A stretch of 64,000 bases of DNA from Rebecca billardiae RCC1528. Lineage: Eukaryota; Protista; Haptophyta. A program made the position numbers and the translations under genes. The notes beneath the pieces were generated by a model. It was not told the origin of the DNA. It searched no databases and worked only from the letters and a program-made list of their open reading frames with translations. This document shows, one piece after another, positions 39,966 through 52,787 of this stretch (positions within the stretch are counted from its first letter, which is position 1; each line of letters starts with the position of its first letter). Where the stretch lies: contig OZ251224.1 in assembly GCA_965240325.2 (NCBI GenBank), positions 1,922,001-1,986,000 on the forward strand, given 5' to 3'.

Positions 39966-40724
39966 GCGGCGCAGCTCGCGGCTATGGCTGTCGAGGGGGG
40001 GTGTTGAGCTGACGCAGCCTGGGGCGCGCATCTCAGCAGATGGCGTCGCCGCTGGGACGTCAGGGCCGGCGCCGCACCAGGCGGGCCGGCGGCATCAGCT
40101 ACGCAGTGGCTGGCTCTGGCGCGCGCGCGGCGCGCGCGGCGGCAGGAGCGCGAGCGCAGCAGCGCTGGCGCGGAGCGACGTGGACGCGGAGCGCGGACGC
40201 GGCAGCGCGGACGCGGAGCGACACGGACGCGGCGCGTGCGCGGGCGGTACGGCCCGGCGCAGCGCGGCACGGATGGCACGCCGGCGGCACAGGCGGGCGC
40301 CATCGTGGAAGAGTCCAAGGAACAACGGACTCGATCACTTCATTCATGGACGCCCGGATTCTCAGTTTTGAGAATCGAGAATCCGGGATCATGGGTCCGT
40401 GCGCAGCTTACCCAGGTCCGATGACATTACCGAGTACCTGGGGGAAAGATGAGCTTACGGCGGTGCGTCGGTAACGCCTGCGATTGGCGGACGCACGGAA
40501 GCGGGGCTCAGGAAGGTTACAAGATTCCCGAGCCGGGCCGCAAAACGCCGTGTCACCCTGCGCAACCGAAAGTTGGTTGCGGCAGGAGGATTAGCTTTGC
40601 TCGTCAGAGGAGCGAGGGTCGAGATTGCCTTCGTGGGCGTCACCGACGACGCGCCCGAGGACGTGCCGGTGAGCTCTTAGCAGGGCTCGAGACGCTCGGA
40701 GCTCGCGTTTACCCAATATAGCAG

Positions 40725-40785
40725 TATATATATATATATATATATATATAGATAGATAGATAGATATAGATATATATATATATAT

Positions 40786-40818
<33 letters not shown>
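40725..40818. repeat. (TA)n/(GATA)n compound microsatellite
   Basis: Direct observation immediately right of the copia TSD. Confidence 0.95.
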
Positions 40819-42912
40819 ATATGACCGCGTTCCGCGGTCCTTTTCCGTAGAACGAACGTAGTTCGGGGCCCGCGGTGGCGGTGCACCCTCCGTCGCAGTC
40901 GTCCCGTACACGTGTAACTAGACTCCATCCAGCGGCGCGCCGCCCAGCGCCGCGCCGCCGCCGGCGTGCGCCGAGTGTGGACTGTCGGTCGTCGGCCGAG
41001 CTGCCCTCATCACAGACGGCCCTTACCTGACCCCCTGCGCGTGCGCGACGGCCGACAGGCGGATGCGACTCGGCGTGATCGACGCACGAGCGCGACTCTT
41101 GCACGCCAGGCCACCGGCGGAGCTGACTGACAGCCAGGGAGCCGGACGGCGCGGGACCGCGCGGATTCGACCGTTCGTTCGGGCCTGCCGCTGACCGTCG
41201 TCGCCGCGACGCCAGCAGCGCAGGAGTAGATGATCTTCAGGTCAGTAGGGTTCGACCTGCGCGCCTGCGCGACGGCCGACAGGCGGGCGCGAGGCGTGAG
41301 CGACGCATGAGCGCGACTCTACGTGCACACCAGGCACCACGCGGCCGAGCTGACTGACCGCGAGCCAGGGAGCACGGTGCGAGCAGCCATGCAGCACCGG
41401 TGCTTGCGCGCGCCGCGCGTGCACGGGGTGACACACCTCGGTCAGGCTCGGCACGCGTCGCAGAGGCACGGCCAGCTCTGGGCACGCCAGGCGCCCAGGC
41501 CACGCGGAGCTGACAGCCACGGGGAGCCGACGGCGCGCGGGGCCGCGGCCAGTTCCGAGTTCGACTTGCGCCTGCTCTGAAGAAGAGTTCTGGGAGACCC
41601 TGGCGGAGAGGCATGGCAAGGGGGGCGTGTGGTGAAGTCGGAGACTCAGAGATCGATCAGTCCGGCATCATGCGCCGCTGCCCCCGAGCTTGCGAGAGCC
41701 CGAACACAGGGCGGCGGCTGCGGCGGCGGCGGCACGGCCGCGCGGCCGGCCGCGCAGGCATCGACAGGGCGCGGCAGGGGCGTGCGGAGTGACTAGTGAG
41801 CGGGCACGAACGCGATGTCGACGGCCGTCGGGACCCGCCGCAGACGCGCGCTCCAGGCGCCACTCGGCACTCGCCACGCGCACCTGCCCATCGAGCGCCC
41901 CCTTGCGGACCAACCAAGAGTCGTCGCGGCTCGCTCGCCACCCCCGAACGAAGAAACAAACCTGCACACGTCGTCCTTGCGACGGCGGCAGGTTTTGAGC
42001 TCGCCAGCTCGGTAAGTCAGTGACTATGGAATGGGCTGGCAACGAATAGCTGCGCGGGTATTTTCAATAAGGCTTGCGGGTTTTAGACTCTAGTCTCTAG
42101 ATACCAACCGCCGCGAAGCCAAGTTCATATTCATCAAGGCGGAGGCAAACAAAAAGAGTCCGGTCATACGCGACCCGCTTCCTCTGCAATCCCAGCTTTC
42201 GGCATACGCGGGTACTACGATACATTATGGCCCGCGGTGAAGATAAATACGATGAGAGTCGTTGCGGCGGCGAGGCCATATTTATTTATTACTATGGTCA
42301 CACATGAACGAGAGGCTACCCACAATTACCCTGCCTGGCGCACTTGGGCGTGGGTTTCGTTGATTCCTCTGTTCACTATTCAAGACGGCGGACGCGCCCT
42401 TTTTCGACGCTAATGCACCTGTAAGGGAGTCTCAAAATCGAAACTCGGTCTCCTCCAGCCCTAAAAAATCGCCCCCCGTCCCTTTTTTCTTGATCAAAGA
42501 TCTTTTTGAAACGTCATACGTGGTTCGGGCCCGCTGGTGCGGGCTCCACGCTGCGCGCTCCGCCCTGCACCGCGGGCCATCATCATCAAGCCGCCGTAGT
42601 AGCGCAGGCATCGTACCGCGCCATCAGCTGGTCTGTCAAGTCACTAGGACTAATTAAGTGTCAGTCAGACTACAGTGTCGTAGTCAGCAGATCCGGGCGC
42701 GGACGCGCGGAGTTGATGCGCCGCCTCGGCTATGATTACGGCTATGCTGCCAGCATCACCGATTATAAGCAGCTACTCAGCTAAGCTGACGATGAGTCAA
42801 TACGATGAGCAGTCAGAGCCCTCAGCTAATCTACTACCACGTACCATATATACACGCTGCCAGCGCAGACATGCTCACGGGTGGCCCGTCGGAGCCATAT
42901 CGATCACACTTT

Positions 42913-45900
42913 TTACAGCTCCACGGCTGTGCGCGAAGGCGCCACGGATTGCTCCGGCCGCTGCGGGTGGTCAAGGTCGGGGGAGACCATGGGCGGATGC
43001 GCGGAGAATGGCGGCGTCAATCCGCTGTTGGACTTGTCCGCCGGGGTGCACCGCACGCTCTGGTCGCTCGACGCGGTCCCGGTACCTCCACCGCTCGCGC
43101 CCGGGCCGAAGCCGGCGAAGCCATGGCGCGGCTTGCCGTCTTTGCCGCCCGAGCGCGCGCCCGGGTGCGGCGAGATGGCGTACCATGAGTTGGACCAGAG
43201 CTGGTACTGGCTCTGCTCCGCGGCCTCGCGCGCTGCCCTGTGCGCGTCGCTCTCAGCCACGGGCGCCGCGTCTGGCGGTGTGGAGTGGGTGCACGGCGCG
43301 CGCGCGCGTGAGCCCGAGGCGGCCGACGCCTCACACGCGCGCGCGTTGCAGGCCGGGCGGCCTCGGGCTGAGCAGAGCGCGCGCGCACCCTGAGCCTCGC
43401 CCGCCGACGCGGACTCATCGCCCCGCTCGTTTCCCTGGCGCAGGAAGAAGCCGATGAACGAGTCGATGTCCTCGAGCGTGAGGTCGTCGCGCGACGAGAG
43501 GATCATCGGCTTCGCCATCACGTGCTCGGTGGGCACGCTCGCGCCGCGGCCGCGCCGCAACTCCTCGTTCACGCCGGGGCTGACGAGCACCTGCATGGAG
43601 TAGGAGCGCGCGACGTCCGCGCGCTCGCTCTTGCGGTGGAAGACGCGGAAGACGACGTGCGTGAGGTAGCACAGCTCCATGTCGTCGAACTGGCGCCGCG
43701 CCTCCTCGGAGAAGATCGACGGCACCGTGTCGCCGCTCATGTGGCTCACCTCCGAGCCCCAGCGCAGCACGTTGAACATGGCGTAGATGCGCGACTCGGA
43801 TGTGAAGTAGAGACGCGTGCGCACGTGCCGCTGCGGCGTGCGCACGTCCGTGTTGTGGGAGGAGTCGAGCTGGTGCACGCGCTCCTGCTCGTGCTCGGCG
43901 GACGACGTCGCCGCGAGCAGGTCCGAGCGCATCTTCTTCAGCAGCACCGACGCGATCTGCAGCCCGATGTGCACCTTGTCGTGCTTCTCGATGCCGTACT
44001 CCTGTGGGACCACGTACGACGCGAGCGTGTGCGCGACGCAGTACACCTCGGGCAGCGGCTCGAGGCCGAGGTGGTCGTTGTGCACCATGTCGTACATCGC
44101 GTTGTCGTACACGTCGGGGATCTTCGTCGTGTCGAACTTGTCCTTCTTCGCCTTGTAGAAGTCCTTCTTCAGCTTCGCCCAGCGGCAGTACTGCAGGTGC
44201 ACCGTCTCGCCGTTGGCGGGCGCAGGCACGTCCGACGGGTGCGAGCTGACCGCCGCGGCCGGCGCGGCGGCCGCGGCGGAGAGGAAGCGGTTCTCGAGCG
44301 CCGCGCTGCGCACGCGCTGCACGGCGGCGGGCGAGTACGAGTGCAGGTTGCCGAGCACGGGCGACATGTCCTTGTCGTGCGAGACCGACGAGACGCGCAC
44401 GGCGCGCGCGCGCAGCTCGCTCACGAGCTGCTCGAGCAGCAGTCGCAGCCGGTGCAGCGTCCTGCGCGGGTTGCCCATGTCGCGCAGGCAGCGCACGAGG
44501 AGGCTCGAGGCGGTGGGCGCGGCCGCGACGAGCGGGGAGCGCTGCGCGGCCAGGTCGAAGTCCTCGTCGTCCTCCGTCGTCAGCACCTCGTCAGACACGC
44601 CGCTCAGGCTGATCGGCGGCAGCTGGCGCGGCGCGCCGTCGGCCGCGGAGCCGGGCGGCGTGACCGGCAGGTCGCCCGACGAGTCGCGCGCCGGCCGCGG
44701 CTTGGCGGGGAGGAAGGGGCCGGGGAGCGGCTCGGGCGCCTCGGTGTCGGACTCGAGCGGCCCGTCGGTCGTGAGCACGCGGTGGATGTGCGCCTTCGCC
44801 GCGTCCATCATCGTGCGCCCCGCGTCGGGCGTCTCGTCGAGCATCTGCGTCACCTTGTCGTTCTTCGAGACGAGGGAGGCCAGGATGGGCGTGAGCATGC
44901 CCTCGAGGTCGAGGAAGCCCTTGGCGAACGCGGCGGCGGTCATCTGCACGCGGCCCTCCTCCGACGCGTAGATCTTCAGGTCGTGCCGGTACGTCGAGTG
45001 CAGCCGGAGCACGCCGCCGAACTCGCCGGGGTACAGGCTCTTGCGGAAGACCGTGCCGAGCTTCTCCGCCTGCTTCTCGCCGAGCGGCGTGAGCTCGCCG
45101 CCCCACTTGAGGATGAAGAGGACCTCGGACACGGCGGGCTTGCCCTCGGGGTGCCCCGGCGCGGGCGGGCCGCGCTCCCACTTGGTCGGCTTAAGCTGCA
45201 CCTTCCGGTTGATCCCGCGGAACGGGTGCGACTTGAGCACCTGCTTGACGGTCTGCAGCTTCTCGAGGTCGTCGATGTAGTCGGGGTCGTCCGACGCCTC
45301 CAGCTGGTCCATCTGCTGCCGCGCCGCCTCCATGCGCGCGACGACGCGCACGACGCGGTCGGTGAGCTCCTCCATCAGCCGCACGTTCTTGATCTTGAGC
45401 TCGTCCGTGGGCGAGCGCCCGTACTCCTCGACCATCGAGAGGAAGAGCGGCTCGTGCGTGTGCAGCTTGAGCTTCTCCTTGGGCGTGCGGTCGCCGTGCC
45501 GCGTGAGCGCGACCACGCACAGCAGCTCGGCGTCGGGCGGGACGGGGTAGTGCTGCACGCTGTCGGAGAGCGACTCGTACGAGCGCTTGTTGTACGCGGG
45601 CTGCCGCTCGTGCGCCTCCTCCTCCGAGTCGCTCGCGAGCGCGGGCTGCCGCACCTCCGGGTGCAGCCGCAGGTGGTGCGGGGAGATCGCCTCGAGCGCG
45701 TACTGCCGCAGCAGGTTGGCCGAGTCCGACCAGAACTTGTGCGAGTCCTTGACGAAGGACCAGCCGTTCACGTCGCACACGTACGAGCGGCCGTTCGAGC
45801 GGAGCAGGTCGAAGCCGCACACGGTCTGGCCGAAGGTCAGCACCACCTTGCGCGCGATCTGCTTCTCCTCCGCGTCCAGGATCACCGGGTAGCGCTCCTC

Positions 45901-46834
45901 CTTGCCGCGCGCGTTGCGCCGCACCTTGCCGTCCACGACCGGCGACTTGCGCGCCTGGAGCGAGGCGCGGGCCGCGCCGGGCGAGGGGGTGAGGATGGCG
46001 CGCGTGCACTCCGGCGCTGGCGCGCCTTCGTGACGCAGCCGCCCCTGCCTCCCGCCGACGCCGCGCGCCGGCGCGTGGCGCGGCACCCGCGCGCGTGCGC
46101 ACCTCTGCATGCGCGTACTCCGGCCCGATCGCGTACACCTTCACGTCCGTGCCCTCGGTCTGGAGGAGCTCCTCGTAGATGTACGAGTTGCCGTCGTGGA
46201 CGCGCGTGGTGTGCACGTCCGGGTAGAACTGGCTCGACCGGTCCTTCACCTTGCGGAACAGCCGCTTCGAGCCGCCGCCCTGCGAGCGCGGGTAGTAGAT
46301 GTAGATGTTGTGGTCCTCGCCGCTCACCGGCTTCTCGACGAGCGGCTTGTTGAGGCGCACGCCGTTGATCTCGAGGAAGTCCTCCTCCTCGTGGACCTGG
46401 TTGTGCTCGTCCGCGTTGAGGAACGTGTGCTTCGGCAGCGGCACCCCGTTCAGGTGCAGCAGCGAGTACACGCGCCGCCGGTCGAAGAGCCACTCCTGCT
46501 TGTCGAGGTCGTTGAAGACGAACGGGCGGCGGAGCGCGGCATACGCCTTGGCCTTGTGCAGCGGGAAGCCGGTGGAGAAGAAGGCGATGAGCGCTTCGCA
46601 CAGCGGCCACTCCTCCACCGGCTTGTTCAGGATCGTGTCGTTCCCAAAGTAGACCACGTTGAACTCGCGCCGCCCGCCCACCTCGAATGCGCGCAAGCGG
46701 TCGAGCATCTGGTTCATCGGGCCCGAGCGCGCCTTCTTCTCCATGGCGCACACGCCGACGACGATCGGCCCGTCCTTGATGTCGCGCCTGGCCGAGAGGC
46801 CGGCCGGCGCTGTCCGGGAGGTCGGCACGCTCAT
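42913..46834 (-). CDS. VIP1: Inositol hexakisphosphate / PP-IP5 kinase (PPIP5K/VIP1); intron 45955-46102, a further intron likely near 43200-43390
   Basis: VGVCAMEKKARS, FFSTGFPLHKA, EKPVSGEDHNIYIYY, DVKVY, ARKSPVVDG, CGFDLLR, DVNGWSFVK; phosphatase domain RHGDRTPK, LKWGGELT, RTRLYFTSES. Confidence 0.93.
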
Positions 46835-47241
46835 CGCCGAGCCAAGTGACCACCGCACGTCCGCGCCCCCTAACACCCCTTCCGCCTTTCAGCCGTCGGC
46901 GAGCATGAGCTGATGCAAGCTACCGGTATTTACCCGGCATGTGACGCATGTCGCAGCAAACGAATATTTCCTTTGGTCGCAACTCGCAAGCCTTCGATTG
47001 ACGACAAGGAGAAAGCCGCGCCGATCGACACGACATTGAACATCGACGACTTGTTTGACGATGCCACATGCCACGTGGATGCAGTGGAGATCCGGCCGCC
47101 GCCCGCCATGCTTTTTAGCCCGCCATTATTTTTGGCGCCGCGCCTGACGGCCTGATGATCAAGAGTGCAAACGCTCGCCCGCCCCCCCGCCGGCGGCTTG
47201 CGGCTTGGGGGGATCTTTGCGAGGGCGTGAGGCCGTCAGCC

Positions 47242-47937
47242 ATGCTGGCCAACGCGCTTGGCGGGTGCTGCGGGTTGGGGCCCACCGACGAGAAGGAGCG
47301 TGAGAAGGACGAGCTCGTGCGCGATCCGGAGCAGTCCGCGCCCACGCGCGTCCTGTCTGCGGTGACGTCGAAGCTGCGGACGATTACAGGCACAGAGCGC
47401 AACGAAGCACTCGAGGCCGCGAAGGGCCTGCTCGCAGAGGGCGCGGTGCTCAAGCTTTTGAGATCGGGTGGCGGAGACATGGTGCGCGTGGTGGCCAGCG
47501 CGGACGGATCGATGCTCACATATCAGGCCCTCGAGCTCGAGAACAACCTGCCGAAGCACAGCGGAGCGATCGCACTGTCGGAGGTGCATCGGGTGGAGTC
47601 GCTGGCGTCGTCAACGGTGGGCGCGTGGCTCGGTGGCGCTCAGGGCCCCACGCTGGTGATCCACCACTCGTCGCCGACGGAGCAGCTTCGGCTCGAGGCG
47701 GCTACCGAGCGCATGCGCGACGACTGGGTCGACGCGCTCGACAGGGTGCGTCTGAAGGCCAGCGAGGTGCACACCGCGGCCAAGACGGAGCGCAAGCTCA
47801 CGCGGCACGCGGCAAAGGAGCTGGAGCTCATGTCGAAGCAAAGGGCCGCGGAGAAGCGCAAGGCTGAGATCATGAAATCGATGCCCGGCGGTGGCGGCAT
47901 GAAGCATGCGGCTGCCGCGATGATATCGCGCACATGA
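47242..47937 (+). CDS. PH-like domain protein with C-terminal coiled coil
   Basis: LAEGAVLKL...LTY...GAIALSEVHRV...LRLEAATERMRDDWVDAL. Confidence 0.6.
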   Translation: MLANALGGCCGLGPTDEKEREKDELVRDPEQSAPTRVLSAVTSKLRTITGTERNEALEAAKGLLAEGAVLKLLRSGGGDMVRVVASADGSMLTYQALELENNLPKHSGAIALSEVHRVESLASSTVGAWLGGAQGPTLVIHHSSPTEQLRLEAATERMRDDWVDALDRVRLKASEVHTAAKTERKLTRHAAKELELMSKQRAAEKRKAEIMKSMPGGGGMKHAAAAMISRT

Positions 47938-48204
47938 TGTTGCCCTCGGCTGATGGATTGGGGCTACTAGACTCATAGGCTTCGCCGTCGGATTGTCCAG
48001 CCCGCCGATGTCACGGATGTGCGCGACAAGATGCTCGCACCTAGCCCGAGACGTCTGGCATCGTCGTTGCGACGTTCACCGTGCGGGTCTTCAGATTCAG
48101 TTCAGCAGTGCTTATGCCACTAGCTCTACTGCAGTAACTTCGGTTGCCCGGAACTGAGCTAGCTTATCAGGCTGATGCAGGCGACGCAGACTCGGAATAA
48201 CTCG

Positions 48205-48390
<186 letters not shown>

Positions 48391-49833
48391 ATAACGACGT
48401 GGCAGCATCGGACATCAATTGCGTCAGGCTCAGAGTGCAACAGACACATAGAATGCGTCCGCGCCTTCCGTCCAGGTCAGACAGTGCGCCACCCGCAGCC
48501 CTGCCCCCCTACGGGAGCGGGGCCGGGATGTCAGAGCACCGCCTCGGCCTGGGGCACGCGGCGGCGACGGTAGATGCCGCCGCGGCCGAGCGCCTTCCGG
48601 AGCACTTGGAGGAGGGTGAGGTCGTAGTCGATGTCGCCGCCCGCCGACCTAGCGGCGAGCAGCTCCGGCAAGCGGCAGCCGCGGCTGTCGCCCCCGTGCG
48701 CCCGCGTGGGCGCCTGGATGAGGATGAGGTCGTAGTACGCGTCGCCGCGCGCCGGCCAAGCGGCGCGCAGCTGCAGAAGAGGGGCTTGGGGAGTGAGCGC
48801 GCCGCCTAGCGCGCTCTGGGCGATGAAGCAGATGAGGTGGTAGTCGATGTCGCAGCCCGGCCCGCCGGCGGGCTGCTGCAGATGCAGTGCTTGATGCTGG
48901 GGAACCTGGCCCCCGGGCGCGTCACACCCCGCACCCCCTGCCCCACCTAGGGTGGAGCGAAGGGCACGGAGGAGGCCAGCGCCAAGGGCCAGATGGGTGC
49001 AGCGGCGTCCACCTGCTGCATCGCCCCCCGAGGCGATGCAGCCGGCGGCCGGCTGGAGAAAGAGGGTGCCAGTGCCTATCCCGGACCCGCTGCGTGTGAT
49101 ACATTATTGACAGTATTAACTATTATCAGTTAATTAGTCGTAGTGCTAGTAGTGCAGACCGTGCCGTGTCTGTGTAGACTGATCTGAATTATGATGATGT
49201 AATCAGTGTACTTACACTGTAGTTACACTCGTTATTCAGGACCAGCGCGCGTGCTGACTGCTGTTGAGACGGTTACATGTCGATCAATAGCGCAGTCGAT
49301 TAAATGGATTATGTGTCGGCATGTGTACTACACGTGTCTGAAGCTACGGCTTGCAGCTTGACAATCGGAATCGTGACTAAGTTACGGCTGGCTTCGCCGC
49401 GCCTGCTCCTCGTGCCACGTCATCTGACAAACGCGGCGCAGGCCGCGCGGGCCCGACGAATGTGTAACGCGGCAGTCCGCCCCGGCGTAGGCCGTACTCC
49501 TCAAGTCTGTACTCCCGGTGACGCGAGGCCGTTCCGGCCGGCAGTTCATTGAGCTTCACTGAGGCGGATGCCGCCGATACTGGCTGGCGGGACTGCCACT
49601 CGACACCGTTGACTCAGGTGGTCTGCTCGCCGGCCGCCTTCTTTCTTTCTGAATTAGTGATCACAGCAGTAATTGTTCACGTCGACACTCGTCACTCCGA
49701 CACTCGGCGTCGGCCCGCTCCGACTTGCTGCTGTAAAAGTCCTGACTCATTCTATGATTTAATTCTCGTCGCGCCGCCGGCAATTTTTCAGCGCGCCAAC
49801 GGACGGACGCCTCTGTCGTTGCGCGCGAGAAAG

Positions 49834-52158
49834 ATGGCGCCTCGCCCCAGCCCTCTCGAGCCGTGCGGCCGCCGGCTCGAGCCGTGCGGCCGCCGGCTCG
49901 ACTCATGGATCCCAGTCCCGTTCGATCTGGTCTCCGCGCGTGGATACGCCTCGCGCACCCTCGCCGTCGCCTCCACCAGTGCCATCCTGCTCCGCGCGTA
50001 CGTCGCGCTACTGGCTGGGCTGCTGGGCACGCGGCCGCCACAGTGCGAGCGGCCGGCAGACGCGGAGGCGCAGATCAGGGGCGCGGTAACAGTGGACCAG
50101 CTGGCGCAGATGGACACGACTGTCTTCCTACTCTTCTTCCTCGGCATGGCCAACTCGCGCTGGCACGGCCGCTGGTGGCGCCTGCTTGCCGCGGCGCCCG
50201 CCGCAGCGCTGCTCGGCGGCTCGGCACTCGAGCTGCGCTGGTGCGCGCTCGAGGCGTCGGTAGGCGGGGTGGGCGTCGCACAGCTGTTCGAGTGGATGCT
50301 CGTGGGGCTTAACACCGGCCTTCTCGCCTTCACGTGCGCGCGCCTCATCCTACTCCTCTTCACCGACTCACCGCCGCCCGCTGCCGTCACTGCCGAAGCA
50401 AAGGCCGAGCCTTCGGGTCTGCGCCGCGCGTGCTGCGCGCTGCGGTGCGCGCGCGCGTGGTTTGCGAGCGAGCTGCCCGCCGCGTCGGGGGCGCCTCCGT
50501 GCCGTACGCTTCCCCGCCTGCCGCTGCGCCTCGTCGTCGCGCTCTCGCTCTCGGCGTGCGTGGTGCTCATGGCGGCGGCCGCGCAGGCGTGCGCGGCAGC
50601 GCTCGTGGCGCGGCTGAGCGGCGGCGCTCTGCGTGTGCTTGGCCGCGACGTGATGCGGACGCGGCATGCGTTGCATGCGTTGCTGGTCGACCACGCTGAC
50701 GGCACCGACGCCCCGCTCACGCCCACGCCCCACGCCCACTCGCCCGCCGCCGCAGCTGCTGCTGTCGCCGCCGCGGCGCACGCGCTACGCGCGCACGCTG
50801 CGGATGTGGACACTGTGCTCAGCTGGCTGGAGACAGTGGTGGTACAATGGCTGCCGCCGGCATTGGAGGCGCTGCCCGCTGCGCTGCTGGTGGGCGCGGT
50901 GCTCGCGGCGCTCAACGACCTCGGCTGGAAGGCGCACGCCGTGCGGCGCAGCCTTGCCGTCTGCGCACACCTCACGTCAGGTGCAGGCGCGGCCGGCGGC
51001 AGCGCGGGCGCGAGTGATGACGCGCCGCAGCCGGCGCCGCGCCGGCTGGCGCGGCGTGCGTCGTCCTATGCGGCTGAGTGGGCAGGCGGCGCGCTCTCGC
51101 CGCGTGCCACCCCGCGTCAGGCGTCCAGCGGCGGTGACACGCCCTCGCAACCGTCGCGCAGTCCTGCGCCCGGCATGCGCACGCCGGTGCCGCCGCCGCT
51201 ATCAACGCCGCCGCTGCCACCGCCGCCACCGCCGCCTCCGCCGCCGCCCTCACCGCCGCCGGCTCCGGCCGGCTTGGAGCGAGCGCTGCTGCAGCAGCAG
51301 CCCATCTACCTCGCCTTCTTCGTCGTGCCGATGGCCGTGGCCAACTCGCTCCTCGCGTTCCTCCTCGTCTCTCTCGTCGGCACCGCCCTCGCCTTCACTG
51401 CGCTGTGCGCGCCGCTGCGGCGCGCCCTGTGGTACAACCTGATTCTGCTGAGCGCGCTCTCAGCGGCGACGGAGTGGCTGATCCGCTGGCTGATGTTCAC
51501 GCGCGTGGTCGCGGCGAAGGACGCGGTGCGCCTCCCGCGCCTATTCCGCCTCGCGGACTTCGTCTACTCGTTCACCCTCGGCCCGGTGTACAGCATCGCG
51601 GTGAGCTCGTGGAGGCTCCTCCTCGGCTCACTGTGCGCGCTGTCGGCACTCGCGCGCTACTCGGACGAGTCCCTCCTGCCCAGCGCGCTGCGCCGCCTCG
51701 ACCCGGCACACAGCGCGTGGCTCGCCATGCTCAGGCTGCACGCGCTCGGCGTAGCGGAGGGCGAGCCCACTGGGCTCGTGCTGCTGCGCGCGGCGGACGT
51801 GGCGCCGGCGGCGCACGCGCCGGCCGCCGCCGCCGCCGACGTGCCGGCGGAGGCCGTGTGCAGCGGCAGTGGTGGGGGTGGAGGTCAGGCCGCCACCGTG
51901 CGCGCTGGGACGGCGTCGACGCCGTCGGCCACACCCTTGCACGCCGTCCCGCGCGCGCGCATCGGCCCCACCGGCGCGCGTGGGGCCTCAGCCTCGTCAG
52001 CATCGGAGGGCGCTGTTACGGCCAGTGCGAGGGGCCCTGGTGGCAGCAGGCGCGCCGCCCTATCCTCGCGGCTGCTGCGCTTGCGGCAGAGGGTCGCTGG
52101 GCGGGGGCGGGGCACCCGCGGCACCGCGACCACGCAGCCGCAGCAGCCGCTCGTCTAA
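49834..52158 (+). CDS. Multi-pass membrane protein with a STRA6/RBP-receptor-like C-terminal region
   Basis: Many TM segments; RLFRLADFVYSF..G......WRLLLG...L.R..ESLLP.....LDPAH.AW.AML resembles the conserved STRA6 intramembrane/C-terminal block. Confidence 0.55.
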   Translation: MAPRPSPLEPCGRRLEPCGRRLDSWIPVPFDLVSARGYASRTLAVASTSAILLRAYVALLAGLLGTRPPQCERPADAEAQIRGAVTVDQLAQMDTTVFLLFFLGMANSRWHGRWWRLLAAAPAAALLGGSALELRWCALEASVGGVGVAQLFEWMLVGLNTGLLAFTCARLILLLFTDSPPPAAVTAEAKAEPSGLRRACCALRCARAWFASELPAASGAPPCRTLPRLPLRLVVALSLSACVVLMAAAAQACAAALVARLSGGALRVLGRDVMRTRHALHALLVDHADGTDAPLTPTPHAHSPAAAAAAVAAAAHALRAHAADVDTVLSWLETVVVQWLPPALEALPAALLVGAVLAALNDLGWKAHAVRRSLAVCAHLTSGAGAAGGSAGASDDAPQPAPRRLARRASSYAAEWAGGALSPRATPRQASSGGDTPSQPSRSPAPGMRTPVPPPLSTPPLPPPPPPPPPPPSPPPAPAGLERALLQQQPIYLAFFVVPMAVANSLLAFLLVSLVGTALAFTALCAPLRRALWYNLILLSALSAATEWLIRWLMFTRVVAAKDAVRLPRLFRLADFVYSFTLGPVYSIAVSSWRLLLGSLCALSALARYSDESLLPSALRRLDPAHSAWLAMLRLHALGVAEGEPTGLVLLRAADVAPAAHAPAAAAADVPAEAVCSGSGGGGGQAATVRAGTASTPSATPLHAVPRARIGPTGARGASASSASEGAVTASARGPGGSRRAALSSRLLRLRQRVAGRGRGTRGTATTQPQQPLV

Positions 52159-52323
52159 TAAAGCTGCTACGCAGCATCGAGCTAGCTCGCGCATGCACAG
52201 TGGCACATCTCGCGAACGGGCCGAAGGCTGCTGACGCCTGACCCGGACAGGCTGAGCAGTACAGTTTACTAAATAAATGATTAGAGACGCACACAGCTCA
52301 GGCAGGCGAGATATAGTACGACG

Positions 52324-52456
52324 ACTGGCGTGCTCTTGCGTCTGAGGTCATGGGTTCAAACCAGTTTCCAGGTCTCTCTTCGGAGAGCGTGCGATGAAGG
52401 ATGGCGCGGCAACCTGCCACCGTGAGCCTTACGCACGTCAAAACAAATAAACTGTA
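52324..52456 (+). mobile_element. tRNA-related SINE-like repeat, copy 1
   Basis: B-box-like GGTTCAAACC and A-rich tail; second copy at 61634-61790. Confidence 0.6.
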
Positions 52457-52787
52457 CGACTGTACACAGTACTTAGTGTAAGCTACAGCGTGATGATGCT
52501 GACTCATTCTATGATTTAACGACACGGGTAGGACGGCGCAGGTCTCCTGATTCGTCGTCGGCAGTGCCCGATCGTCGACACGAAGTTGGCGTTGGTGGCA
52601 GAGCATAGCCTGAACCGCGATCGAATGGCTTGAGCGCGGCCTTGAGCTGCTGGAGCGTGACTGTCATCTTGCTGATGACGACTTTTTTCGCATTCGTCGT
52701 CTTTTTTCGCATTCGTCTCAGGCTCTCAGCCCGAATTCAGAGTGCTCCGGCCCGGGCGGTGTGCGGCAGTGGACGTCACCAGGAACA

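Larger units (their letters stand above)
33356..40718 (+). mobile_element. Full-length Ty1/copia LTR retrotransposon
   Basis: 717-bp LTRs at 33356-34072 and 40002-40718 (no differences seen by eye; ORF-track translations identical); 5-bp TSD TAGCA at 33351-33355 and 40719-40723; PPT 39993-40001; domain order gag-PR-INT-RT-RH. Confidence 0.96.

Noticed and set aside
48399-48900. Gene with three VVVDVAARR-like repeats
   Set aside because: The repeats are degenerate and broken by stops on both strands with no recognisable domain; probably decayed repeat sequence.
52324-52456. Functional tRNA gene
   Set aside because: A B-box-like motif is present but I could not form a cloverleaf; the A-rich tail and diverged second copy favour a SINE.
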